NCBI GenBank assembly: GCA_036260415.1
Contig: DASZZX010000032.1
Location: forward strand, 1-48,138
DNA from: Nitriliruptorales bacterium
GTDB taxonomy: Bacteria > Actinomycetota > Nitriliruptoria > Nitriliruptorales > JAHWKO01
DNA length: 48,138 nucleotides
Direction: 5' to 3'
This document shows positions 35,464-43,507 of the stretch, one piece after another. A program made the position numbers and the translations under genes. Every line of letters begins with the position of its first letter. Positions within the stretch are counted from its first letter, which is position 1. The notes below the pieces were generated by a model. That model searched no databases. It saw only the letters and a list, made by a program, of their open reading frames with translations, and was not told where the DNA came from.

Positions 35464-36497
35464 GCCGTCCGGTGTCGGGCGGGAGGGTGCGGGTCGTGGT
35501 GGCCCGCCCGACCCCGGTCGCCCGCGCGCGCCTCGCGGAGGCCCTGGCGGGCGACCCGCATCTCGCGGTGGTGGGCACTGCCGCGACGGGCCACGAGGCG
35601 GTCCGGATCACCGCGCGCCTGCGACCCTCGATCGTGCTGCTGGACGCCGGCATCGGCGACCCGGGCGTGGTCGAGACGACGCGCGCGATCATGATCGACC
35701 ACCCCACGCCGGTCGTGGTCGTCGCCGACGCGGCCGATCGGCTGGAAGCCGCCTTCGCCGCCCTCACCGCCGGGGCGGTCAGCGTGCAGCGCGAGCCGCC
35801 CGGCGGGGCGTCCGGCGCCGAGGCCCGCTTCGCCGCCGTGGTTCGCGCCCTCGCGGACGTCGCGCTCGTCCGTCGCCGCGCTCGGCCCAGCGCCCCGCCG
35901 TCAGCGACCCGCCGTGGGCGTGCCAGGGTCGCGGCCGTCGCCGGCTCCACCGGTGGGCCCGCCGCGCTCCAACGGCTGCTCATCGGCCTGCCTCAGGGCT
36001 TCGACCTGCCGATGCTGGTGGTGCAGCACCTGCCCCCGGGCCACACCGCCCAGTTCGTCGAGTGGCTGGGACGCTCCACCCGGCGCTGCGTGCGGCTGGC
36101 GGAGGACGGCCAACCCCTCACGCTGGGACACGTTCACGTTGCTCCCGACGAGGCCCACCTCGCGGTGACGCCGGAGGGGCTGCTGCGCATCGAGCGGAGC
36201 GAGCCGGTGGACGGTTTCCGGCCCTCCGCGACGGTGCTGTTCGCCTCGGTGGCCAGGGCGTACGGGCGCGACGCCGTGGGGCTGGTGCTGTCGGGCATGG
36301 GCAGCGACGGGGTGGCGGGACTGGCCGAGCTGCGGGATGCCGGCGGGTGGATCCTCGTGCAGGACCAGGCCACCTCGGTCGTCTTCGGCATGCCCGGCGC
36401 GGCGGTCGCTGCCGGGGTGGCCCACGAGACGGTCCCGCTCGACCGTCTCGCCGAGCGGCTGGCGGCGGTCGGCGCCAGCACCGCGAGCCGCTCGTGA
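35460..36497 (+). CDS. cheB: CheB-type methylesterase with degenerate N-terminal receiver
   Basis: Frame of track ORF 35193..36497 from GTG 35460 (GTGA overlap). The esterase domain has VAAVAGSTGGPAAL, VVQHLPPG, GMGSDG and VFGMPG. The receiver reads RVVVARPTP where DD is expected. Confidence 0.85.
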   Translation: MSRPVSGGRVRVVVARPTPVARARLAEALAGDPHLAVVGTAATGHEAVRITARLRPSIVLLDAGIGDPGVVETTRAIMIDHPTPVVVVADAADRLEAAFAALTAGAVSVQREPPGGASGAEARFAAVVRALADVALVRRRARPSAPPSATRRGRARVAAVAGSTGGPAALQRLLIGLPQGFDLPMLVVQHLPPGHTAQFVEWLGRSTRRCVRLAEDGQPLTLGHVHVAPDEAHLAVTPEGLLRIERSEPVDGFRPSATVLFASVARAYGRDAVGLVLSGMGSDGVAGLAELRDAGGWILVQDQATSVVFGMPGAAVAAGVAHETVPLDRLAERLAAVGASTASRS

Positions 36498-38626
36498 GCG
36501 CGCACGTGCTCCTCGTGGAGGACAGCGCCACCCAGGCGGCTGTGCTGCGGGATCGACTGGAGCGCGCCGGTTACGCCGTCACGGTGAAGTCCACCGGCGA
36601 GGACGCGCTGCACACGCTGGACAAGACGGCCGTCGACCTGGTCGTCAGCGACGTGATGATGCCGGGGATCGACGGCTACGAGCTGTGCCGGCGCATCAGG
36701 ACGGACCCGCGCCACGCCAGCATCCCCGTCCTGCTCTTGACCGCCCTGCGCGACCCAGTCGACGTCGTGCGCGGGCTGGAGGCCGGCGCCGACAGCTTCA
36801 TCACCAAGCCGTTCGAGGCCGGGCAGGTGATCGGCCGCGTCAGGGCGCTGCTGGAGAGCCGCCGGCTGCAGGCGGAGGGCGACCTGCGAGTAGGCGTGGA
36901 CGTGCTGTTCATGGGTCAGCGCTTCGCCATCACGGGCGAGCGGCAGCAGATCCTGGGCCTGCTGATGTCCACCTTCGATGACCTCGTGCACGCCAACCAG
37001 CGGTTGCGTGACCGTGAGGCCGAGCTGGCCAGCGCCGAGGCTGCGCTCGCGAACCGGCTGCGGGAGGTCCAGGCGGCGCAGGACCGCCTGGACCGTACGT
37101 TGCGGCTCGCCGCCGTCGGCACGTGGGAGCTCGACGTCGACGCCCTCCGGATCGTGTGGTGGGACAACGTCGAGCCGCTGTACGGCGTCGCGGCTGGCAC
37201 GCTGTCGGGGGACCTCGACGAGCTGCTCGCGCACGTCCACGCGGACGACCGGGCGGCGATGCGGGAGCTCTTCGCGGGGCTACGACACGCTCCGGACGGG
37301 CTCGATGACGGCCGTGGTCCCCGTCAGGTCGAGCACCGCATCGTGCTCCCCGGCGGCGAGGTGCGGTGGTTGCAGCTGCGTTTCTCGACCGTGCCGCCGG
37401 CGGCGGACCTGCCCCTGCGGGCGCTGGGCGTGGCGATGGACGTGTCCGCGCGCAAGCAGGTCGAGGGTGAGCTCGAGCAGGCGAAGGTGGAAGCCGAGTC
37501 CGCCAACCTCGCCAAGAGCGAGTACCTCTCGCGCATGAGCCACGAGCTGCGCACGCCGCTGAACGCGGTGCTCGGCTTCGCCCAGCTGTTGGAGACCGCG
37601 GACCTCGCGAGGGAGGATCACGATGCGGTGGCCCAGATCCTCCGTTCGGGGCGGCACCTGCTGCGACTGATCGATGATGTGCTGGACATCAGCCGCATCG
37701 AGGCCGGGCGCCTGACGCTGTCGCTGGAGCCGGTGGACCTCGCCGCGGTCGTCGCCGACAGCGTCGAGCTGGTCGGCCCGTTGGCCCGCCAGCACCGCAT
37801 CGACATCGAACGCGACCCGTCCGTCGCGTGCCATACCCACGTGTTCGCCGACCGGCAGCGGCTGCGACAGGTCGTCGTCAACCTCCTCACCAACGCGATC
37901 AAGTACAACCGCCCGGACGGGCGCGTCACCCTGTCGTGCTCCTCGGACGACCAGGGGAACGTGCGCGTCCACGTCGCCGACATCGGCCCGGGGATCCCGG
38001 CCGACAAGATGCCGCGTCTGTTCGCGGCCTTCGACCGGCTCGACGTGGACGGCGACGCGACCGAGGGCACTGGCCTCGGTCTGTCGCTGAGCCGGCATCT
38101 GACCGAGGCGATGGGGGGGACCATCCAGGTGCGGAGCGAGATCGGGCAGGGCAGCGTCTTCTCGGTGGAGCTCCCCGCGGCCCGACCTCCCGAGCTGCCC
38201 GACGATCCGCCGCCGCGGTCGCTGGCCTCCCCGTCTGAGGAGGTGCGCGGGACGGTCGTCCACATCGAGGACAACCCGTCCAACCGGGTGCTGGTCGAGC
38301 GGGTGCTCACCCGCCGTCCCGGCGTCACGGTCCTCAACGCACCCGAGGCGGTGACCGGACTGGCGTTGGTCCGCGAGCGCAGCCCCGACCTGGTCCTGCT
38401 GGACCTCAACCTCCCCGGCGTGCCGGGCCAGGAGGTGCTCCGACGACTGCGCGACGACCCGTCGACGCGCTCGGTGCCGGTCGTGGTCGTGAGCGCGGAC
38501 GCCGCGGCCGAGCGCCCCGACCAGCTGCTCGCCGCCGGGGCGCGCGCCTACCTCACCAAGCCGCTCAACATCACCCGGCTGCTGTCACTGGTGGACACGA
38601 TCCTGGGTGCGGACGGTCCGACGTGA
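36494..38626 (+). CDS. hybrid sensor kinase REC-coiled coil/PAS-HisKA-HATPase-REC
   Basis: Frame of track ORF 36062..38626 from GTG 36494 (GTGA overlap with cheB). REC1: VLLVEDSAT...LVVSDVMMPGIDG...LLLTAL...FITKP. A PAS-like region (AAVGTWELDV...) follows. H-box MSHELRTPLN. ATPase boxes: NLLTNAIKYN, DIGPGIP, GTGLGL. REC2: VVHIEDNPSN...LVLLDLNLPG...VVVVSAD...YLTKP. Confidence 0.9.
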   Translation: MSAHVLLVEDSATQAAVLRDRLERAGYAVTVKSTGEDALHTLDKTAVDLVVSDVMMPGIDGYELCRRIRTDPRHASIPVLLLTALRDPVDVVRGLEAGADSFITKPFEAGQVIGRVRALLESRRLQAEGDLRVGVDVLFMGQRFAITGERQQILGLLMSTFDDLVHANQRLRDREAELASAEAALANRLREVQAAQDRLDRTLRLAAVGTWELDVDALRIVWWDNVEPLYGVAAGTLSGDLDELLAHVHADDRAAMRELFAGLRHAPDGLDDGRGPRQVEHRIVLPGGEVRWLQLRFSTVPPAADLPLRALGVAMDVSARKQVEGELEQAKVEAESANLAKSEYLSRMSHELRTPLNAVLGFAQLLETADLAREDHDAVAQILRSGRHLLRLIDDVLDISRIEAGRLTLSLEPVDLAAVVADSVELVGPLARQHRIDIERDPSVACHTHVFADRQRLRQVVVNLLTNAIKYNRPDGRVTLSCSSDDQGNVRVHVADIGPGIPADKMPRLFAAFDRLDVDGDATEGTGLGLSLSRHLTEAMGGTIQVRSEIGQGSVFSVELPAARPPELPDDPPPRSLASPSEEVRGTVVHIEDNPSNRVLVERVLTRRPGVTVLNAPEAVTGLALVRERSPDLVLLDLNLPGVPGQEVLRRLRDDPSTRSVPVVVVSADAAAERPDQLLAAGARAYLTKPLNITRLLSLVDTILGADGPT

Positions 38627-38680
38627 CGCTGGCCGACAGCGAGGGCTTGGCCGAGGCTGGCGCCCCAGGAGTGGCGTGAG

Positions 38681-38699
38681 GCGGAGCGTGAGGCTCCGC
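38681..38699. terminator. candidate bidirectional stem-loop between convergent genes
   Basis: GCGGAGC-GTGAG-GCTCCGC has a 7-bp perfect stem and a 5-nt loop. It lies between the stop of the hybrid kinase (38626) and the stop of the permease (38715). There is no U-tract, as is common in GC-rich genomes. Confidence 0.3.
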
Positions 38700-38714
38700 G
38701 CGCGCCGTCGGCAG

Positions 38715-39671
38715 TCAGCGTGACCGCTGCGGAGGGGACCGGACCTCGACCGCGGCCTCGGGCAGGCTGAGCAACGGTGCGGCTGACGGTGACGGGGCGA
38801 GCGCGGCCGCGTGCGCGGTCGCCGCGGTGACAACGTCGACGCGGGCGAGCCGTGCGCGGGTGCGCAGGCTCGTCGCGATGAAGGCCATGCCGAACGCCAG
38901 CGTCGACGTGAGCACGATGGCCGGCCCGGACTGGATGTCGAGGTGGTAGCTGGCGACCATCCCCACGCACCCCGACAGCGTCCCGATCAGCGTCGACAGC
39001 GCCAGCATGCGGTGGAACGAGTCGGTGAGCATCCGTGCGACGGTGGCCGGGATGACCAGCGTGGCCGCGATCAGCGTGACTCCGAGCACCCGCATGGTGA
39101 CCAGCACGGAGGCGGCGAGCACGAGCATCAGCAGCGCGTCCACCCGTGCGGTCTGCACACCTGACACGCCTGCCACCTCCGGGTCGAACGTGGCGAACAG
39201 CAACCGCCGGTAGGCGAAGAAGACGAACGCGACCGCCAGGAGCGCCACCGCCACCACCGCGGCCACGTCGATCTGGTCCACGCCGAGGACGCTGCCGAAC
39301 AGAGCCGCGTCGAAGTCTCGGCCGGTGCTGCCGAACAGCGCGAGCAGCGCCAGGCCGAGCGCGAACGAGGCGGTGGTGATCACACCGATGGCGGCGTCCG
39401 CCCCGATGATCCGCCGACGGGCCACCCGGTTGATCATCAGCGCCGAGGCCAGACCCCAGGCGCCGGCTCCCAGGAAGAAGTTCAGCTGGAGGATCGTGCT
39501 GGCGGCGAAGCCGCCGAAGATGGCGTGGGACAGACCGTGCCCGATGTAGCTCATGCCGCGCAGCACGACGTACACGCCGATCAGACCGCAGAGCCCACCG
39601 GCCACGGTGGCCACCACGAGCCCGTTGACGAAGAACTCGAACCGGAAGGGTTCCAGCAGCTGCTCGATCAC
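38715..39671 (-). CDS. metal (Zn/Mn) ABC transporter permease (ZnuB/MntB/TroD family)
   Basis: Track ORF of 318 aa. Pattern: LEPFRFEFFVNGL...VVLRGMSYIGHGLSHAIFGG...FDPEVAGVSGV, with 8-9 hydrophobic helices. The GTG overlaps the ATPase stop (GTGA). Confidence 0.9.
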   Translation of the reverse strand: MIEQLLEPFRFEFFVNGLVVATVAGGLCGLIGVYVVLRGMSYIGHGLSHAIFGGFAASTILQLNFFLGAGAWGLASALMINRVARRRIIGADAAIGVITTASFALGLALLALFGSTGRDFDAALFGSVLGVDQIDVAAVVAVALLAVAFVFFAYRRLLFATFDPEVAGVSGVQTARVDALLMLVLAASVLVTMRVLGVTLIAATLVIPATVARMLTDSFHRMLALSTLIGTLSGCVGMVASYHLDIQSGPAIVLTSTLAFGMAFIATSLRTRARLARVDVVTAATAHAAALAPSPSAAPLLSLPEAAVEVRSPPQRSR

Positions 39672-40450
39672 CGTGACACCTTCCCTGACGGGGCGCCGGA
39701 GCGGTCGAGTGGGTCGACCACCACGGGCATGCCGCCGTGCTCGAGCACCTCCATCTTGGCTCCGTAGGTCAGCTCGAGGACCTCGGGGGTGAGCACCTCG
39801 CGGGCGGGTCCGGCACCGATCACCCGGCGGTTGAGGCAGACCAGGTGGGGGAGGTGGGCGGCGATGCCGTTGAGGTCGTGCGTTGTCATGAGGATCGACA
39901 GGCCGTCGCGGTGCAGCTCACCGAGCAGGTGCAGGACCTCGTGACGGGTGCGGACGTCGACGCCGGAGGTCGGCTCGTCCAGTAGCAGCAGCTGCGGCCG
40001 CCGCACCAGCGCACGGGCGATGAAGACCCGCTGCTGCTGGCCGCCGGAGAGCTCGCGGATGTGGCGCCCGGCGAGCCCCCCGATGCCGAGACGGTCGAGC
40101 ACGTCGCCGACCTCGCGCCGTTCCTCGCGGGATGGCCACGGCATGACCCGACCGGACGTGCGGGCCATCAGGAGGCACTCGGCCACCGTGACCGGGAAAT
40201 GCCAGTCGACCGTCTCCACCTGGGGCACGTAGCCCAGCGCCAGTCCCGGTCGGCGGTGGACCCGCCCGGTGGTCGGGCGCAGGCTGCCGGTGATCACCTG
40301 CAGCAGCGTCGTCTTGCCGGAGCCGGACGGGCCCACCACGCCGGTGAACTGGCCGGGCTCCACGCGCAGGTGCACGTCCACCACGACCGCCTCCGCCCCG
40401 TACCGGCAGGTGACGCCGACCAGGTCCACGAGGGGTCCGGTCACGCTCAC
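39668..40450 (-). CDS. metal ABC transporter ATP-binding protein (ZnuC/MntA family)
   Basis: Frame of track ORF 39668..40510, trimmed to GTG 40450 (GGAGG 7 nt upstream). Walker A GPSGSGKTT, signature LSGGQQQR, Walker B LLLLDEP. Confidence 0.9.
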   Translation of the reverse strand: MSVTGPLVDLVGVTCRYGAEAVVVDVHLRVEPGQFTGVVGPSGSGKTTLLQVITGSLRPTTGRVHRRPGLALGYVPQVETVDWHFPVTVAECLLMARTSGRVMPWPSREERREVGDVLDRLGIGGLAGRHIRELSGGQQQRVFIARALVRRPQLLLLDEPTSGVDVRTRHEVLHLLGELHRDGLSILMTTHDLNGIAAHLPHLVCLNRRVIGAGPAREVLTPEVLELTYGAKMEVLEHGGMPVVVDPLDRSGAPSGKVSR

Positions 40451-40574
40451 GTGATCACCTCCGTCGCTCTCCCGGTCACCCTCGTGGATCCGGGAACACG
40501 CGTCGCACATCGCTGCCGCGGGGAGCCGTCAACGGGGACCACCTCCGTGGCGGGTCGCTGCTGCGGAGCGCCGC

Positions 40575-41582
40575 TCACTGTGGGTAGTGCGCCGTGTCGG
40601 GCGCCACGTTGCGCACGTCGAAGTCCCGCAGCGCGGTGGGGTCGCCGCCCAGCGCCTCGGTGATGGTGGCGTAGTCGAACCGCAGCAGGCCGAGCCAGGA
40701 GTGCTCCGCGTCGCCGGGCTCGCCGGGCAGGTCGTCGTCGCGCAGCACGTCCACGTACCGGGCCCCGGTCTCCTCGCCGATGCGTTCCAGCACCGGGCTG
40801 GGGAACACCTCTGACCCGAAGATGGCGGGCACGCGCTCAGCCCGGACCTGTTCGATCAGCCGCACGACCTCGCGTGGCGTGGGATCCTGGAGGTCCTGCA
40901 TCTGGATCGCGCCGATCACCTGCCACCCGTAGTGCTCGGCGAAGTACGCGAACGAGTCGTGGTAGGTGAGCAGCTTGCGGCGGCTCGGCGGGACGGTGCC
41001 CAGTGCGGTGCGCATGGCGGCCTCGAACTCGTCCACCAGCCGCCGGAACGCGTCGAGGTTGCGACTGTATGCGGCGGCGTTGTCCGGGTCGTGCTCGGCC
41101 AGGACGTCCGCCACCACGTCCGCATAGGCGACCCCGTACCGCGGGCTGGTCCAGAGGTGGGGGTTCGGCCGGCCCTCCTCCTGCGGGAACACGTCGTCGT
41201 AGATGCGATCCTCCGCCGGAAGCACACGGTCGCCGAGCTCCACGAGCGTCGCCCCGGGCTTCAGGTTGGCCTCGATCAGCGCCTTGGTCGGCTCCTCGAG
41301 GTGCAGCCCGTTGAGGAAAGCGACGTCGACGGTGGACAGGAGCTCGGCGACGCTGGGCTTGGGCTCGAACGTGTGCGAGTTGGCGCCCTCGGGGACGATC
41401 CCGGTGACCCGGGCCCGGTCCCCGGCGACGTTGGCGACGATGGAGGTGATCGGCGCCACGGTGGTGGCCAGGCGTGATCGTCCGTCGCCATCTTCCTCCG
41501 CGCGGGTGTCGTTCGACGCACAACCAGCGAGCACCAGCGTCGCGGTGAGCAGCGCGAGGAGGGTCCCCCGCACGGTCCCCAC
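40575..41582 (-). CDS. metal ABC transporter substrate-binding lipoprotein (cluster A-I, ZnuA/MntC/TroA family)
   Basis: Frame of track ORF 40575..41642. I prefer GTG 41582 (AGGAGG 8 nt upstream), which gives the lipoprotein signal VGTVRGTLLALLTATLVLAGC. Family motifs: GANSHTFEP, NPHLWTSP, YHDSFAYFA. Alternative starts are ATG 41615 and 41642. Confidence 0.85.
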   Translation of the reverse strand: MGTVRGTLLALLTATLVLAGCASNDTRAEEDGDGRSRLATTVAPITSIVANVAGDRARVTGIVPEGANSHTFEPKPSVAELLSTVDVAFLNGLHLEEPTKALIEANLKPGATLVELGDRVLPAEDRIYDDVFPQEEGRPNPHLWTSPRYGVAYADVVADVLAEHDPDNAAAYSRNLDAFRRLVDEFEAAMRTALGTVPPSRRKLLTYHDSFAYFAEHYGWQVIGAIQMQDLQDPTPREVVRLIEQVRAERVPAIFGSEVFPSPVLERIGEETGARYVDVLRDDDLPGEPGDAEHSWLGLLRFDYATITEALGGDPTALRDFDVRNVAPDTAHYPQ

Positions 41583-41595
41583 GCGCCCGACCTCC

Positions 41596-41641
41596 TGCGA
41601 ACCGTTCGCAGGCATGCTAGTGGTCGTGCGAACCGTTCGCA
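41596..41641. promoter_or_regulatory. two identical 15-bp 7-1-7 palindromes TGCGAAC-C-GTTCGCA (candidate Fur-family operator pair)
   Basis: The copies are at 41596-41610 and 41627-41641, with 31 bp between their starts. They bracket the stop of the fur-family gene (41617). Copy 1 abuts the AGGAGG SD of the substrate-binding gene. Confidence 0.5.
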
Positions 41642-42090
41642 ATGGAGTCGGTCATGGAGTCGGTCATGGAGTCGCTACAGTCCGCGCACCGTCCGGTCAC
41701 CGTGAGCTCGATCGTCCGAGCGTCGAACCCGTGCTCGCCGCCCAGGTGGGTGCGGACGCGCTCGACCAGCTCGCCGGCGTGGTGATCCACCGCACCGCAG
41801 TGCTCGCAGACGACGTGGAAGTGGTCGTCGGGGTGGGCCACCTCCCAGCGCCCCGCGTCCTCGTCAGCCAGCCGGGCCTCGCGCGCGATCCCCAGCTCCT
41901 GGAACAGCGCGAGCGTCCGGTACACGGACGCGAGGTTGACGCCCGGCTCGTGGCGGCGTGCCGCCGCGGTCAGCTCCTCGACGGTGCGGTGGTCGGGGGA
42001 CTCGCGCAGGGCCGTCCACACGGCGCGCCGCGGCGCCGTCACCCGGTGGCCACGGGCCCGGAGGAGCTCGCCGATCTGGTGCTGGTCCAC
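41617..42090 (-). CDS. Fur-family metalloregulator (Zur/Mur/Fur type not resolved)
   Basis: Frame of track ORF 41617..42351, trimmed to GTG 42090 (VDQHQIGELLRARGHRVTAPRRAVW). It has a winged-helix N-terminus, then HFHVVCEHCG and GRCADC (two CxxC). The tail is DSMTDSMTDS...HDH. Confidence 0.85.
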   Translation of the reverse strand: MDQHQIGELLRARGHRVTAPRRAVWTALRESPDHRTVEELTAAARRHEPGVNLASVYRTLALFQELGIAREARLADEDAGRWEVAHPDDHFHVVCEHCGAVDHHAGELVERVRTHLGGEHGFDARTIELTVTGRCADCSDSMTDSMTDSIANGSHDH

Positions 42091-42149
42091 GGGGCCCCAG
42101 GGTACGCGTGCCGGCGGCGTGCAACGGTGAGCGATCGCTCTCACGAACC

Positions 42150-42203
42150 GTGCCGGGGCGCGCGTGCGCGGCGCCGTGTGCCGGGGCGCGCGTGCGGGGC
42201 GCC
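42150..42203. repeat. 28-bp-period tandem direct repeat (2 copies, 25/26 identical) in a divergent promoter region
   Basis: GTGCCGGGGCGCGCGTGCG[C/G]GGCGCC occurs at 42150-42175 and 42178-42203. It lies between the fur-family gene start (42090) and the oxidoreductase start (42260). Confidence 0.7.
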
Positions 42204-42259
42204 GCCCCAGCCCTGCTCGCACCTGACTAGCCTCCACCGCGCCGACCGTCAGGAACGCG

Positions 42260-43420
42260 ATGGCGCACATGCTGATCCTCGGAGGCGGGTTCGGGGGACT
42301 CGCCGCGGCCAGCGAGCTCCGCCACCGGCTGGACGAACGCGACGAGGTCACGCTGATCGCGCGTGACGATCGCTTCTACATGGGCTTCGCCAAGCTGTGG
42401 GACCTCGCTGGCGTGCGCCCGCTGGATGGCGGCAGCGCGCCCCTCGCCGACCTCGAACGGGTCGGGGTGCGCTTCGTTCGGACGGTGATCACGGGCATCG
42501 ACCCTGCCGGCCTGCGCGTGGACACCGCCGAGGGGACGTTCGCCGGCGACGGGCTGATCGTCGCGCTGGGGGCCGTGCCCTCTCCGTCGCACCGCGACCT
42601 GCTCCGCGGCGACGGGGCGCACGACCTGTACGACGCGGCCCAGCTGCCGGCGATGAAACGGGACCTGGACGCGATCGAGGAGGGGCGTGTGCTGGTCGCC
42701 ATTCTCGGGGGCCCCTTCAAGTGCCCGCCGGCGCCGTACGAGGCGGCGCTGCTCGTCGACGAGCGGCTGCGCCACCGCGGTGTGCGCGAGCGCGTCGCGC
42801 TCACGGTCGCCACTCCGCAGCCCATCACCCTGCCCGCTGCCGGACCGGACGCCAGCCGCTACGTCGCCGACCACCTGGGCGAACGCGACATCGCACTGCG
42901 TGCGGAGCACGCCGTGCAGGCCGTGGACGCTGACCGTCACACGGTCGTGTTCCGCAACGGCGCGGAAGTGGACTACGCGGTGCTGCTCGGGGTCCCCGCA
43001 AGCGCCGCGCCGCCGGTCGTGGCGGACAGCCCGCTCGCCGGGTCCTCGGGGTGGATCGAGCCGGACCGCCAGACGCTGCGCACCGGGTACGAGCGCGTGT
43101 ACGCGGTGGGCGACTGCACCGTGGTCCCGACCGCCGGGGGCCAGCTGCCCAAGGCCGGGGTGTTCGCTGCGGCGCAGGCCCAGGTCGCCGCTCGCAACCT
43201 GCTCGCGGACCTCGGACGGGGGGAGGAGGCAACCTACGACGGGCACGGCTACTGCTTCCTCGAGCTGCCGGGCCGGCGGGTCGCCTACGTCGAGGGCGAC
43301 TTCTACGCCGATCCGCCCGACGTCCACCTCACACCCGCGGACGAGGAGCAGTTCCGCCGCAAGCAGGCCTTCGAGGACGAACGTCTGACGGCCTGGCTGG
43401 GCGCCGGCGCCGCCTGGTGA
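42260..43420 (+). CDS. FAD-dependent pyridine nucleotide-disulfide oxidoreductase (sulfide:quinone oxidoreductase-like)
   Basis: Track ORF of 386 aa. Motifs: N-terminal ILGGGFGGLAAA dinucleotide fold, GGPFKCPPAPYEAALL, and YAVGDC. Confidence 0.8.
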   Translation: MAHMLILGGGFGGLAAASELRHRLDERDEVTLIARDDRFYMGFAKLWDLAGVRPLDGGSAPLADLERVGVRFVRTVITGIDPAGLRVDTAEGTFAGDGLIVALGAVPSPSHRDLLRGDGAHDLYDAAQLPAMKRDLDAIEEGRVLVAILGGPFKCPPAPYEAALLVDERLRHRGVRERVALTVATPQPITLPAAGPDASRYVADHLGERDIALRAEHAVQAVDADRHTVVFRNGAEVDYAVLLGVPASAAPPVVADSPLAGSSGWIEPDRQTLRTGYERVYAVGDCTVVPTAGGQLPKAGVFAAAQAQVAARNLLADLGRGEEATYDGHGYCFLELPGRRVAYVEGDFYADPPDVHLTPADEEQFRRKQAFEDERLTAWLGAGAAW

Positions 43421-43507
43421 CCGAGGGTCTGGCGCTGCCGTCGTCGCCGGCGCTCCGACCGCCCCGGGTCGCCGCGACCACCAGGCGGGCGGACAGGACC
43501 CGACGAC

